Part shown: positions 1-10,918 of the stretch, piece by piece | How positions within the stretch are numbered: the first letter of the stretch is position 1 | Layout of the letters: every line of letters begins with the position of its first letter | Assembly (NCBI GenBank): GCA_030390025.1 | Contig: CM059438.1 | Location: 64,978,001 to 65,042,000, forward strand | Origin: Squalus acanthias | Taxonomy: Eukaryota | Length of the DNA: 64,000 nt | Reading direction: 5' to 3' | The notes under the pieces: model-generated | The model's input: the letters and a program-made list of their open reading frames with translations, nothing else | Database searches by the model: none | Told to the model about the DNA's origin: nothing | Made by a program: the position numbers and the translations under genes

Positions 1-143
1 ATGGGGCCTCGGTTTAACGTCTCATCCGAAAGACTGCACTGAAATGTCAATCTAGATTATGTGCTCAAGTCTCTGGAGTGGGACTTGAATCTGCTACCTT
101 CAGACTCAGAGGCGAGAGTGCTACCACTGAGCCATGACTGACA
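1..143 (-). mobile_element. DeuSINE (SacSINE1-like) 5' part, cut by the window edge
   Basis: On the minus strand, a tRNA-like head (tggctcagtggtagcactct...caagtcccactccagag) followed by Deu-domain sequence (gtttaacgtctcatccgaaagac on +). Homologous to the copies at 9476 and 56641. Confidence 0.8.
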
Positions 144-2381
144 CCTTTAGAGCCCTGCATCAGGTCAGGTGCACATTGAAGCTTCATTTACTGTGTCTTA
201 ACAATTCACCTATTGTCTCACCTCAGGACATCTCTGGCTCTGCCAATCTGACATTATTTATCACCTCTGCCACTTTTCAGTAAGATTTCAAATTTGTTAT
301 GAATGAATTGTGGGGAGTTCTATTCCCATTTCGCAATTGGGTTCAGATGACGCTAACTGACTTCACATCGAATCTTTGCTGTTATCAAGGAATGTCAAGT
401 CTGCCATAAATCAAAACCCAGATCTCAATTGCAAGGACAGTAATGTTACGACTTAAACTGCTCGATTTGATGACTCCTGACAGATTATAACTGATCCAAG
501 GTCACAGGGAGAAAGCAGCCAAGGGGAATAAAATGCACCTTGGAATTCCATGGTTCTTATGCTGATGCAGCCAAGGAAAAATCACTTGGGAAAAGGGAAA
601 AGTCACAATTGATTATTTGGAAGTGGGTCAAGATAGATAACCTGAAGTTTTGTATAATTACCTTTGCAGGTTGAGAAGAAATGTTTGCAAAACTTTCCAA
701 AAGGAAATAAATGAGGTGGAGTCCATGTCGGGCAAGATTGTATATGGTCTGTGGAAGGAATACTTGAAGCTTTCATCGGCCTTTTCTAGTTATTTGCCTT
801 GTTGTTTACTCATAGTGGGTAAAATCTGAAAGCAAAGTACTTTGCAGTTACTCAAGCAACTCTGTTGGGGAAAGACCTTCTAAAACTCTGTGGCGATGTC
901 CATCTTTGCTGTCTATTGTTTGTCGTGCACCTTCAAATGGGACATACCAAAGTAGATTGCTGAGTTTTGAAGGAGATTATGTTCCTGGAAGATCCAACAG
1001 CTAGAGTAAAGAGCACAAAATCTTGAAATGCATTTATTCACTTCTTTAGAAAAAATAAAATAAATTTGGAATTATTAGAAATGGAAAGCAGCAGACATGA
1101 ACAGCAGGGTCAAGATATCAGGAGTTTTTCCGTATCGGCAGATGCCATATTGGGAAACTGCTAACCTCCAGCCACGATTTTTCTTACAGAAAATAACAAG
1201 TTGAGGGTGCCCAATTGCCTGATATGCACTCCTAGTGTGTGGGGGAATATAACATCTCCCTTATCATTGGTTGACACAGCTCACTCCTGGAGATGGCTCA
1301 CTGAAGATAATCCAATTGGTGCCCGTTAAAGTTACAGGCAAAGTAATTTTCTACCGTCACTATCTCACAACATAATTTTTGGTCTTTGGTAACAGTTGCA
1401 AGAGAATTCAGCAGGTTCCGTTGCTACTTCAAGTTCATTAATGGTTTACAGCTTAAACCGTAACCCTTTCTTTTCACAGATTGCTGTTGGTCCTACTGTC
1501 TTGGATCCCATGTGTTTTCTTTGGTCTGTTTCATTGCTGTGACATTATTAGGGACGCTGGCTGGCAAGGGTCATTGCACCCAACACTCAAGGTGCTGCAG
1601 TAATGAACGCAGCTAATGCTCAATTATCTAAGGGATACTGATGCTATTTGATAATTTGGCGCACTAACTCCTTTAAGTGGGAAGATTGTGAGGGTATAAT
1701 TTATGATCAGCAAGAAGGACGACGATTGCAAACCTGTTTGAACATGTGAAGCTCCTTTTAGCAATGGCAGTAGCACGTTCAACTTTAATGAGTGTCACTT
1801 AGCAGCTTAAACAAGAGTTGCACAACAATCATATTTGTCTTACTCTTTGTAATGGCTCAGTGTTGTCCTTATTGTCTAACTCTCCTTTCATGTATTTTCA
1901 ATAATTTCTTATCCAATTGTTCTCCCTTCTCCTGAAATTGTTGACTCCTGATGGGTTACAGCTCCACAAGCTGCAGAAGCCTTCCAGTTCTTTACCCAAA
2001 GTCAGCCCTCTCCTAACCCAACACCACGTGCACACACCTTTCAGAAGGAAAGTAGATAGTGCTCAGGAATGGGAAAGCTCACTGTTGTTTTCTTGCTCCT
2101 CTATCCTAGCCCAGGGACATTTAGGTCAATTTAGCTCTCCTATGACCATCTTGACTGAAGGCAGCTTACTCAACATAGACTAGGGATTGAACCTGGGAGT
2201 CTGCCCCTGGTTTCTTGCCACACCAGAAGGTGTATTTACCCACTGTACCATCAGGGGAGTGTGCCATCACAATACTAATTTGATAATGAAATAGTATTTC
2301 TATTTTGACAATAATTATAGTTGCATTGGACATTGTAGACTTAAATCTGAAAAGGACATGACACGTTTGCCAAAAGATATT

Positions 2382-2482
2382 GGGAGAAATGTTCAACTTT
2401 GCTACCTGAGCAGTAACCTGGTGGAGCGGGTCGTCCGCCCATTGTCGAACCCACCCGATTTCATCCCATTGAAATCACTCCC
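2382..2482. mobile_element. Small MITE-like remnant
   Basis: Imperfect terminal inverted repeats GGGAGaaatgTTCAA ... TTGAAatcaCTCCC, flanked by att/aat. Confidence 0.35.
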
Positions 2483-2960
2483 AATGTTAGGCTCACTGGT
2501 CCATAGTTACCTTGTTTATCGCTTTCTCCTTTTTTGAACAGGGGTGTGAAATTGGTAATGCCCCAATCCTCTGGCACAGCGTTAAAGGTGGTTAGCGCCT
2601 CGACTACTTACTCTCTGGCCTCCTTCAGGATTCTGGGATGCAGACCCGCAGAGCCGAGTGCCTTTTCTTCTTCAGTTCCACCGACTGTTTTCAGCACTAC
2701 TTCCTTAACTAATTGTTCCTGCTCCTCCTCATTCCACTATCACTGTCCCCTATGAAAAACAAAGCCAAGTACTCACTTGGTATGTCTGACTTTGTTCCAT
2801 TCTCCATTTGAATATCTCTTTGATAATCTATAATTGACTTATCCAGTTAACTATTATTTTGTTTATTATGTTTCTAAAATCCTTGACAATTTCCTGTTAT
2901 GTTATCTGCCAGTTTCCCTCATAACTTCTCTTAGCCTATCTAATTTTTATTTTACTTCTC

Positions 2961-3125
2961 TACATAGAATAGAATCAGAATCATAGAATAGTACAGCACA
3001 GAAGGAGGCCATTCGGCCCATCGAGTCTGCACCGGCTCTTTCGAAGAAAAATCCAGTTAGTCCCACTCCCCCGCACTTTCCCCATATCCTGCAATTTTTT
3101 CTCCTTCAAGTATTTATCCAATTCA
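2961..3125 (-). mobile_element. CR1 LINE 3' end, inside an older decayed CR1 (approx. 2485-3240)
   Basis: (ATAGA)-type microsatellite tail and the aggccattcggccc 3'UTR motif shared with the other CR1 copies in the window. Confidence 0.75.
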
Positions 3126-3249
3126 GGCAGTGCATTCCAAATCCTAACCACATTTTCTATATTGGGCTTGTTTTCCTTTTGTCTTTTAGCCCTAGATTTA
3201 TCTTTATAGTTTTAATTTCTCTATTGATCCGAGGAACTCCCCACATTTG

Positions 3250-3935
3250 TTACATCACTTTGGAGTACTATGCACAATTCTGGTCTCCATAAAACAAAAA
3301 GGATATGGAAGCATTAGTGAGAGTGCAGATAAGATTTACAAGGATATTGCCAGAATTGAGTGGAAGCAACTATCAGGAAAGATTGAGCAGGCTAGGGCTC
3401 TTTTTGCTGGAAAAGTAAATACTGAGAGGAGACCCGATAAATGTCGTTAAAATTATGCCGGGGTTTGATAGGGTGGATGTGGAGAAACTGTTTCCACTTG
3501 TAGGTAAATCTAGTACAAGGGGGCATAAATATAAGATTCCCACTAAAAGTGAGAAGTCACACAACACCAGGTTATAGTCCAACAGTTTTATTTGAAATCA
3601 CAAGCTTTCGGAGCGGTGTTGTGCGACTTCTCACTTTTGTCCACCCCAGTCCAACACCGGCATCTCCGCATCAAGATCAAATAAAGACTTTAGGTGGAAT
3701 TTCTTTACACAGAGAGTGGTGAGGATTGGAACTCACTATCACGTGGAGTGGTTAAAGCTGATAGCAGTGATGCATTTAAGGGAAGGCTTGATGCATACAT
3801 GAGGGAGAAGGGAATACAGGGATACGGCAATGGGGTATGAAGAGGTATTAGAGTGGGAGCAGACTTGTGTGGAGTATAAACATTGGCATAGTTGGGCTGA
3901 CTGACTGTTTCTGTGCTGTAAATTCAATGTAACCT
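3250..3935 (+). mobile_element. Decayed CR1 3' fragment, interrupted by a Penelope remnant
   Basis: Degenerate similarity to the 12353-12900 CR1 (ttctttacacagagagtggtgagg...ggaactcact). Confidence 0.65.
3545..3672. mobile_element. Penelope-like palindromic terminal-repeat remnant
   Basis: 24-bp inverted repeat 3545-3568 / 3615-3638 with 1 mismatch. It encloses half a hammerhead-type motif (gctccGAAAgct on minus). Confidence 0.6.
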
Positions 3936-4990
3936 TGAGTGTTGGGTACAGTGCTGGCAATTGTACCACAAGAGAGACATCCCGGCCTTGGAGAGAATAC
4001 AATGGGTAACTAGGTGGTTAAGTAGGATACAGGCATCTATGCTATGGGCACTAAGAATGTTTAAATTGAGAAAAAGTAGAATTGAGGATATATTAATACA
4101 GTAGTTGAGATCTTAAACTGAATCGATAAACTAGATCTCAAAGAGATGTTCGATATCAGCCAAAGCTCCAGCGCAAGGGAATATTGTTCAGTGTTAGATG
4201 GGAAATGATTTATACATAAATTGAATGTTACCTCTTCATGTGGTTGATACTGAAGATGTGGAATAGCCCACCCAGGGACACAGTGGAAGGAGGCTATTAT
4301 AAATTTTAAGGAAGTGATTTTACATTTTGCGTACACAGGGTTATTGAAGAGTATGGCAGATATAGTGGAGTATGAAGTCTCTGACCTTTGCAAGTGACCC
4401 GATGACTAGAAATGCTCTTTTCCATCAGTTTCTGTGGATGGTGGGGCATATTTGGGCTGAGGAATCAGGTAGATCATGTCCTGTCATAAGTAACTGTGGT
4501 CTCTTGGAGCATGCTGAATCCTTTGCCACTCCAAGAGTTAGAATTGCTGGCACGAGGGAGGATGGTGTACAAGGTTGCATTGTTTAACAGAAAGGTAAAC
4601 ATTGATGGGCATACTGAGTTTTATTTTATATGTGTGTATATTGTGAATTGAAAATGGAACTTTGTTAGCTGCATCCTGGAAATAATAATTTGTCTTGGTG
4701 CGAAATGATACAGGACACAAATATGTCCAGAGATAATTATTAGTGTCATGGAGAAGTGATTAGCTAGTTCCCATAGTGCTGTTGATTGTCTGTACTTCAA
4801 AGTTAATTGCATCAGCAATTCCCATATGTTTTAGAGATGTTATTGCATGTGAACCCGCTGTTTCAGATTGCTGTCAAGCTATCTGTTCGAAACAGCCTTG
4901 CCATTTGATATTTAAGTTGGGTGTCTAAAGCCAATGAACTTCTTTGAATGCCAGACGTTTGTGGGTTACACTGTCTGCCTGAAAGATAAA

Positions 4991-7348
4991 GGCCCGGGTT
5001 TTCCGGGGGCCTATAAACGCGTACGCACAGTGCGCGTGCGTGGAAAACCCAGAACCTGCGACCTGTCAAGTTTCAGCTTGACGTACCGTACGAATCCGAA
5101 GGAAATGGACATTCGCTGGCGCAGGGTTGGGCCGTTTGCCCAACTACTGCCCAGCGAATGCCCACGAAACCCTTACGCCTGGTAAAAGCAGGCATAAGGC
5201 CTTCTTTTACCGGCATAAGGGTTTAAATAAATATTAAAATAAGAAATTTGAAATCATTTAAACATTCAAAAACCCCTAAAATTAGTTTACATTATTTTTG
5301 GCCCCTTTAAAAATGTTTACATTTATTTTTTGAAAAATTTAATTTTTGTTTTAAATGTTTAATTAAATTGTATTTTAATTAATTTTAAAGCTGTGATGAT
5401 TTTTTATTTAGGTTGTGTGAAAATGTTTTTTTTATGTGATTCCTATTATGCTAATGGAGATTCCGTACGTAAATGGAATCCCCACAAGCATAATGGGAAT
5501 CCCCCTTTGTGATTGGTTGGGCCGGCCCACATGATCCCAGGGATGCTTGTGAACTGCGAGCTATAGAGTTTCGCAATTATCGCGATTCAAAATAACATGA
5601 GAGAAGAAGATTCAATTGATCATTTTTATTAAACAAAATGCTGTCCTAATAATAAAGGACACAGAAGCCTGTAAAATGGCCACCGCGCATCGTGGCAGAA
5701 GCTTCCAGAAACACAGTGGGCAGACAAGATGGCGTCGAATATACATTCAGTATGAGATTGGATCATACTCGGTAAACATTGATAAAGACAGGATGCAACC
5801 CGTTTGCATTGTGAACAATAGCAATGATATAAGTGCTGGAATCGTTTTCCTATGCACAGTAAGGATCATTGAACTGGGCAATCGAAGGCCCATCCAGACA
5901 CATCAATACACAAATACCCCCCCGGCTCAACAATGAGAGAGACATTGACGGGTGATTAAGCCAGTATTCGGGGGGCCCCAAAACCAGTCGAGGAGACGAT
6001 TCATACACATCCTGGCTGGCTCTACAATGGGGAAAACATTAACGGATAGTTGGCCAGTTTCAGTTGCTACCGAAACCCGTTAAGAAGATAATCGCCCCAT
6101 GCTGGGAGTTTTAAGCGCCAAAATCACACAAAGGATAAACATTTAGATTTGAGCGGGAGATAAAGCGGACATAACAGTATAACTATAGAGAACAAATGTC
6201 CATCGGTCTCTTATTCTCTTGACTCGGGCTGAACCCTCTGGTATCGCTCTCCTGGACTGTCAGCCTTTTGATTTTCTCTCTGGACTCTGTTGACTCTTGA
6301 CTCTTAGCCGTACTGGTCGGTTATTCGAGTGTTGGGTGGAGCTCAATCGGAACGAGCTGCCTCGACAAGGGCAAGTAACAGGGCACACCATCCCGAGTGT
6401 CGGTAAACGGTGTCTGGACCCGGAGGCCCGAGAAGACGAGAAGAGAAGAAGACGAGAAGAAATTCCACGTGCCGCCACGGTCAGTAAACCCCGACCACGC
6501 CCGAAAATATAACTAAAAGAACTTTCCTTTGAGTTCTACCGACTTCTACATGTACCGCAACACAGGAAGATCCTTCTTTGAATTCTAAGACGGTTTGAGT
6601 CCATCGACTGCTTCATGACAACGGGGAGTCTGGCCTGCTTGTCGCAGCAGCGAAAATAAACAAGTGGGGTGCAGAAACCCTTCCAAACACGTGACAGTCA
6701 GGCGCTGCAGCGAAACGAGCTGAGTGCCTCACTTTAAAATCTCCGAAGTAAAACGAGTGGTGAGCATGATTTCCTATCCTACAAATCCAGATGTAGTTTA
6801 GGTATTGTTAAGGGAGGGTGGTTTTTAATAAGGTTAAGGTATAATGTGTTCCCCTTTTTACGATGTGCCGTGTGTTCTCCATTTCCATAGACCAAGCTTT
6901 ATGAATGTGTGTATACTTGTACTCTCTTTGATTTGCACCTATGACATGTATTTCATGATTTTAGACGCCATGCAATAAAGATTTTCATTTTGTGCTATTC
7001 AACCGGGTCTATTTGAGTTTTTCTCTGCATTACTGCTCCTTGCATCTAAGTCCAGGTGTCAGAACCGTAAGGGCGAGTGGGTCGAACCACTCACAGGTGC
7101 TTATTGCAAAAGGGCTGGCCAGAGACCAGAGCAAGCAATAGTATAGGCAACGAAGGCCTAACCTCGCACCAGTACCGTTGAACCCCTTACAGAGCGCCCC
7201 TGGGATACATGGGCCTTTACGCAGGCGTACATCTGCAGGCCCAGGAGCGCGCGTCTTCGTAGGTCCGGGGCCATCAGGTCAGCATGGATTTTACTTGCGG
7301 TTCGGAGGCATTCGCCCGCGGGAAGCCTCCGACCGCAATTTCAGGTCC
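4991..7348. mobile_element. Harbinger-type MITE interrupted by solo LTR A
   Basis: Degenerate TIRs GGCCCGGGTTTTCCGG / CCGCAATTTCAGGTCC (10/16). Internal blocks (gcctggtaaaagcaggc; cccac.tgatcccaggg...ccctggga) are shared with the MITEs at 23766 and 58554. The two halves rejoin across the GAGC TSD. Confidence 0.7.
5562..7191 (+). mobile_element. Solo LTR A (1630 bp)
   Basis: 4-bp TSD GAGC (5558-5561 / 7192-7195); termini TATAG...CTTACA; TATAA at 6178; AATAAA at 6974. Homologous to 54390-56146 and 29831-31452. Confidence 0.88.
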
Positions 7349-9475
7349 AATACTTAGGAATAACATGTTTCCAAGTCGAAGGACTAATTTGATCTGGGAT
7401 GACAAATTACCAATCGGAATTTTATAAGTATTTCCTATTCCGCTTCAGTTGTTTGTTTCCCTACTTCAGCTGTTTGTACTTCCGCATTGCAGTAGTGAGA
7501 TGTGATTCCATGTAAGTAAGAAACAATCTGTATTATATTCATCAAAGTTTCAGTTGGAAGATTCTGAAAAGGAGACTGTAGCCTGATTTTAACTTAACTT
7601 GCCCGGCAAGAATGGGAAGGGTTTGGGTTGGAAGTCTGTTCTGCATCTTGCCTGATTTTATGTTCCATTGAAGTTCCCACTGAACGAGTCAGGTTACAAT
7701 TAGTGCTTAAGATCGTGAAAACTATTAGTTTGTTTTTGGGAAACCATTTCAAGCATTGTGTAAGTCCAGCATTGTATTGCTGATTGTTTTCTGGATGCTT
7801 GTGCTTTTGAACCTTATGAATAAACTCTATTACTAGTTTTACTTTGAGCAGCGTAGAGTTTTCCGCCTTGAGAGTGGACAGCAATGTCCAGATGGGAAAC
7901 CTGTGCAATACTTCATGTGAAATGCCACTGTAAAAGGGTAATTGTTAATCCTTTGACGTGCTACTTGCATTCCTGGCTTGTTTTAAGTTACAAGTTATAA
8001 GATGTGCAAGATTGCCTCCGAAAACTGCCTTTTACCATGAACAGGAGCAGGGAGAGAGCCCAGGTTATAACAATAAGCTTCTCATTTTAATCATGTCACG
8101 TAGGGCAATTGCCAAGTGGAGGCTATCTTCCCACAGGAAGATAAAGAAACCGCTAACGGCAGTGGCTGCACTTCAATAGGGCCCTTCCCACTTGCTGTCG
8201 GGAAGCTGGGATAACCCTGGATCATAAGAGCATTCTTTTGCTGGTGAGCAGGAGAGAAAAGCAAACAGGACTGAATCTCGGCTTGGTGAACATCTGACAG
8301 CAGGCTGTCTGCGAAGTGTGTCTTAGAGGGGCTCGGAACAGTACATCTGCCAGCCTTCACACCTAAAGGGGAGGTGGGCGGAATGTATCCGCCGTATTGC
8401 AGTACCACTGTTGTGTGCAAAGTAGCTGATGTGGGAAATCAAATGCACACCACTCTGCTTTTGAAGAATATTAATATTAGCTCCTCCAAATATGGCCCAA
8501 TTATAGGCAGGAATTTCTGGCCATAAGGATTTGCGAAACCATTGATAACAGTGAGGAAGTATGTTCCTTTTTTGCAGAGGTCTTTATATATCTGAAGACT
8601 GTGTTGCAGCCTTAGTTCTTATTTCCTTAATCAGCTGTAGGTATGCCCAGCTCTGGCCAGACTCGAGCTGACACAATGGAACAACTTTAAGCCAATCACT
8701 TTAAGCATTCGGTTTCAAAGCACCATTCTGTGGGCGGCGTGCCCTTTCAGCCCAGTGTTGAGGGATGAAACGGTGATTGCAGACTTGATGCTACATCTTG
8801 TTAGCATCATCATGCTGGAGATTTCCCGTCAGCCTGCTGAGCGACCTTGCTTGCAGACTGAAGAGAAGCTCGGCTGCAGAAATTCGAAACGCTGGACTTA
8901 AGGCCAATTTATCATTCTTTGAGTTGATCCCTGCAGCCAGTGTAAATTAGTCAGAGTCAAAACGGGCTCCAGAGCTTCACTGCTCTTCAGTAACGTGCCA
9001 CCAGCATAGCTGAGTACAGGTGGCAGCATGGCTCCATTACGTCTCCAAGATGTCCAGTAGCCTTTCAACTACAAGTGGTTTTAATTCAGAGACACTGGTA
9101 GAAATATGCAAATCTCTTTCGCTGAACTGAAGGCTGGAGTGCACTGGGACGTTTTGCTGTTTCTTGCACAGATGTGGTTACTTACGTCTTTAGGGTCTTA
9201 ACACACATGTAGTTCTTGCAACTGCAGTGGACAGACTTAATGATGAAACCACCGAACAAAAAGTAGGGGGGGTTGGGTAACCAGTGCAGGCGAAGTGGGC
9301 ATTTCCAACACTTATAAAGCTAACAAGGTCTTGCTTTGATATTAATTTTATCTCTTGTCTCTGAGCTGCAGACATTCACAGAATTTCCAGCAGGCAGTAT
9401 AGCAATTAATAAATCAGAACTTGATGAATGGAGAGTGAAGCTGACTGTGTGATGCAAGTATTGCAAGGCCAATAA

Positions 9476-9925
9476 AGAAAAAGTAAGACCTGCATTTATA
9501 TAGCGCCTTTCTCGACCTCAGGATGTTCCAAAGCGCTTTACAACCAATGAAGTACTCTTTGAAGTGTAGTCGCTGCTGTTATGGTGGGAAACGCGGCAGC
9601 CAATTTGCACACAGCAAGATCCCACAAACAGCAATGAGATAATGACCAGATAATCTGTTTTAGCGTTGTTGATTGAGGGATAAATATTGGCCAGGACACC
9701 GGGGAAAACTCCCCTTCTTCCAATAGTGCCATACGATCTTTTACACCCAGACAGTGCCTCAGTTTAACTTCTCATCTGTTGGACAGCACCTCTGGCAGTG
9801 CAGCACCCCCGCAGTACTGCACTGGTAGTGTCAGTTGACATTATGTGCTCAAGTCACTGGAGTGGGACTTGAATGCACGACCTTCTGACTCAGAAGCGAG
9901 AGTGCTACCACTGAGCCAAGACTGA
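9476..9925 (-). mobile_element. Near full-length DeuSINE (SacSINE1-like)
   Basis: tRNA-like head, Deu-domain (cagcacctc...cagtgcagcac...cagtactgcactg) and L2-type 3' tail (ggcgctatataaatgca...tttcttt on minus). Confidence 0.85.
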
Positions 9926-10084
9926 TGTAATGTTATTCTCATGTTTCTTCAGGAGGTAAATGGCTGAGTTTACTGAATAAGGGGGTATTCACTATGGCCA
10001 CATTCTTCAGTGCTATGTGCCAGTTGTGCCATTGAGACAGAGGATGGCAGCATTGCAAGAGCGTTACCTATTTCTTAATGGTAA

Positions 10085-10492
10085 CGCCTCAATTTTAAAA
10101 TCCTCATCCTTGTTTATAGAACCCTTACATGGCCTCACCCCTCCCTATTTATGTAGCCTTCTCCAGCCCTACAACCCTCCGAGATCTCTGCGTTCCTCTA
10201 ATTCTGGCTTCTTGCACATTCCCGATTTATACACTCCACCCTTGGCGGCTGTGCCTTCAGCTGCCTAGGTACTAAGCTCTGGAATTCCATCCCTGAACCT
10301 CTCCGCCTCTCTACCTCTCTCTCCTCCTATAAGACGCTACTTAATGCCTACCTCTGTGACCTCACCTGTCCTAATATCTCCTTATATGGCTCGGTGTCAA
10401 GTTTTGTCCGACTTACGGTCCTGTGAAGCGCTTTGGAACATTTTTCTGTGTTATAGGCGCTATCTAAATACAAGTTGTTGTTGTTGTTGTTG
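10085..10492 (+). mobile_element. L2 LINE 3' fragment
   Basis: Encodes LHGLTPPYLCSLLQPYNPPRSLRSSNSG (L2 ORF2 C-terminus) and ends in a (TTG)n tail. Confidence 0.88.
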
Positions 10493-10918
10493 AGCTATAA
10501 CTCTGAGTCTGCTGCAGTTTGTATGTTGGAGGGCTTAAACCAATTTGGTTCCTTGTCCTCATTGAGGCCCCAGTTTTGATGAAGAAAATAGTTAAATGAA
10601 ACACCTTGTACAATTCTGCAGATTTGCCCTGATTTGCTTTTTGTGTCCATTCAGTTGCAATGGGAACAGTGCAGAGTGGCACAGGCTCTGTATTTATTTG
10701 CAGTGTTTACAGTGCTGCTTTAGTGCTGCATTTTATTAGATATTTTTCCTTTTCTATAAAATTTTGAGTCATATTTTAGAAAAAGGACATTTTTAGGAGG
10801 CCTTGATACTTCTTGATGTAAAGGTGTGTTTATAGCACCTTGAAGGACACGGCTGCCCAGTGTACACACTGCTGCACTTCCCCAAACACAAGGGTGTCGC
10901 AGTCCCGCGGTTTGTCCC

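Noticed and set aside
671..830. Possible exons after good acceptors (671, 1480, 29448, 35761, 41501)
   Set aside because: Short open frames with no recognisable homology and no consistent donor/phase chain; they cannot be supported without transcript data.
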